From Guillardia theta CCMP2712 (taxonomy: Eukaryota > Protista > Cryptophyta), in assembly GCF_000315625.1 (NCBI RefSeq), contig NW_005434540.1, positions 133,313 to 178,933 of the forward strand: DNA of 45,621 nucleotides, written 5' to 3'. Positions within the stretch are counted from its first letter, which is position 1; the number at the start of each line of letters is the position of its first letter. The notes under the pieces are model-generated. The model did no database searches, was not told the DNA's origin, and was given only the letters and a program-made list of their open reading frames with translations. Below are positions 45,288 through 45,621 of this stretch, one piece after another. Made by a program: the position numbers and the translations under genes.

Positions 45288-45621
45288 AGCGCCGGTTATT
45301 TCAGGCACCATGGCTGCACGCGTGGTGTAGGGGAAGCTGCCAGGGCGCCAAGGAAGCTGCAAGCGAGAGGTTTGTATACTTCAAATAGCTTTCTAAGTAT
45401 GGTTCTTCAGTATGATGAAAATGTTCGCAACCTGCTGTATCGGAGATCATGCCAATACACGCAGAGCGGACTTGTGGATGCCTCTGTCCTCGAAGCTGAT
45501 CTCGTCGAGAGGGTGAAGAGCTTCGCGAAGCGTTATCCGAACAGCAGGACAGCCCAGGCTTGCAAGGCTGTGGAGGGATGCACCCCCGACGCTATCGCAG
45601 AAGCCATCCGCTCGACATGTC
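45288..45621 (+). mobile_element. Element copy 4, 5' part, running off the window
   Basis: Junction TTTAGG|agcgccggttatttcagg, then leader and ORF start near-identical to copies 1 and 2. Confidence 0.92.

Overview
Eukaryotic, intron-rich nuclear DNA with short GT-AG or GC-AG introns and CT/GA microsatellites. The style resembles a cryptophyte such as Guillardia or Hanusia, which is an inference and was not checked. Bases 1 to ~30.5 kb are ordinary gene-dense chromosome: a derlin, a conserved hypothetical gene, a TPR protein, an EF-hand/RIIa-like protein, a KH+WW RNA-binding protein, a cyclic-nucleotide-gated channel, proteasome alpha-5, an RWP-RK factor, a tetraspanin-like protein, another hypothetical gene and a SAM methyltransferase. 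From ~30.5 kb onward is a subtelomere with TTTAGGG tracts, a frameshifted CRN/RHS-like NTPase-nuclease gene and an internally deleted chromovirus. The main finding is an apparently RT-less, ~2.8 kb, single-ORF (RRM-like, ORF1-type) element present in five full or partial copies. The copies lie head-to-tail in the G-strand orientation and are inserted within the telomeric repeats. They have exchangeable 5' tandem repeats, 76-bp hairpin repeats at the 3' end, an AATAAA plus (TAA)n tail and a possible conserved intron. A 5'-truncated, TSD-flanked relative supports spread by retrotransposition. Gene models were read by eye, so exon boundaries are approximate.
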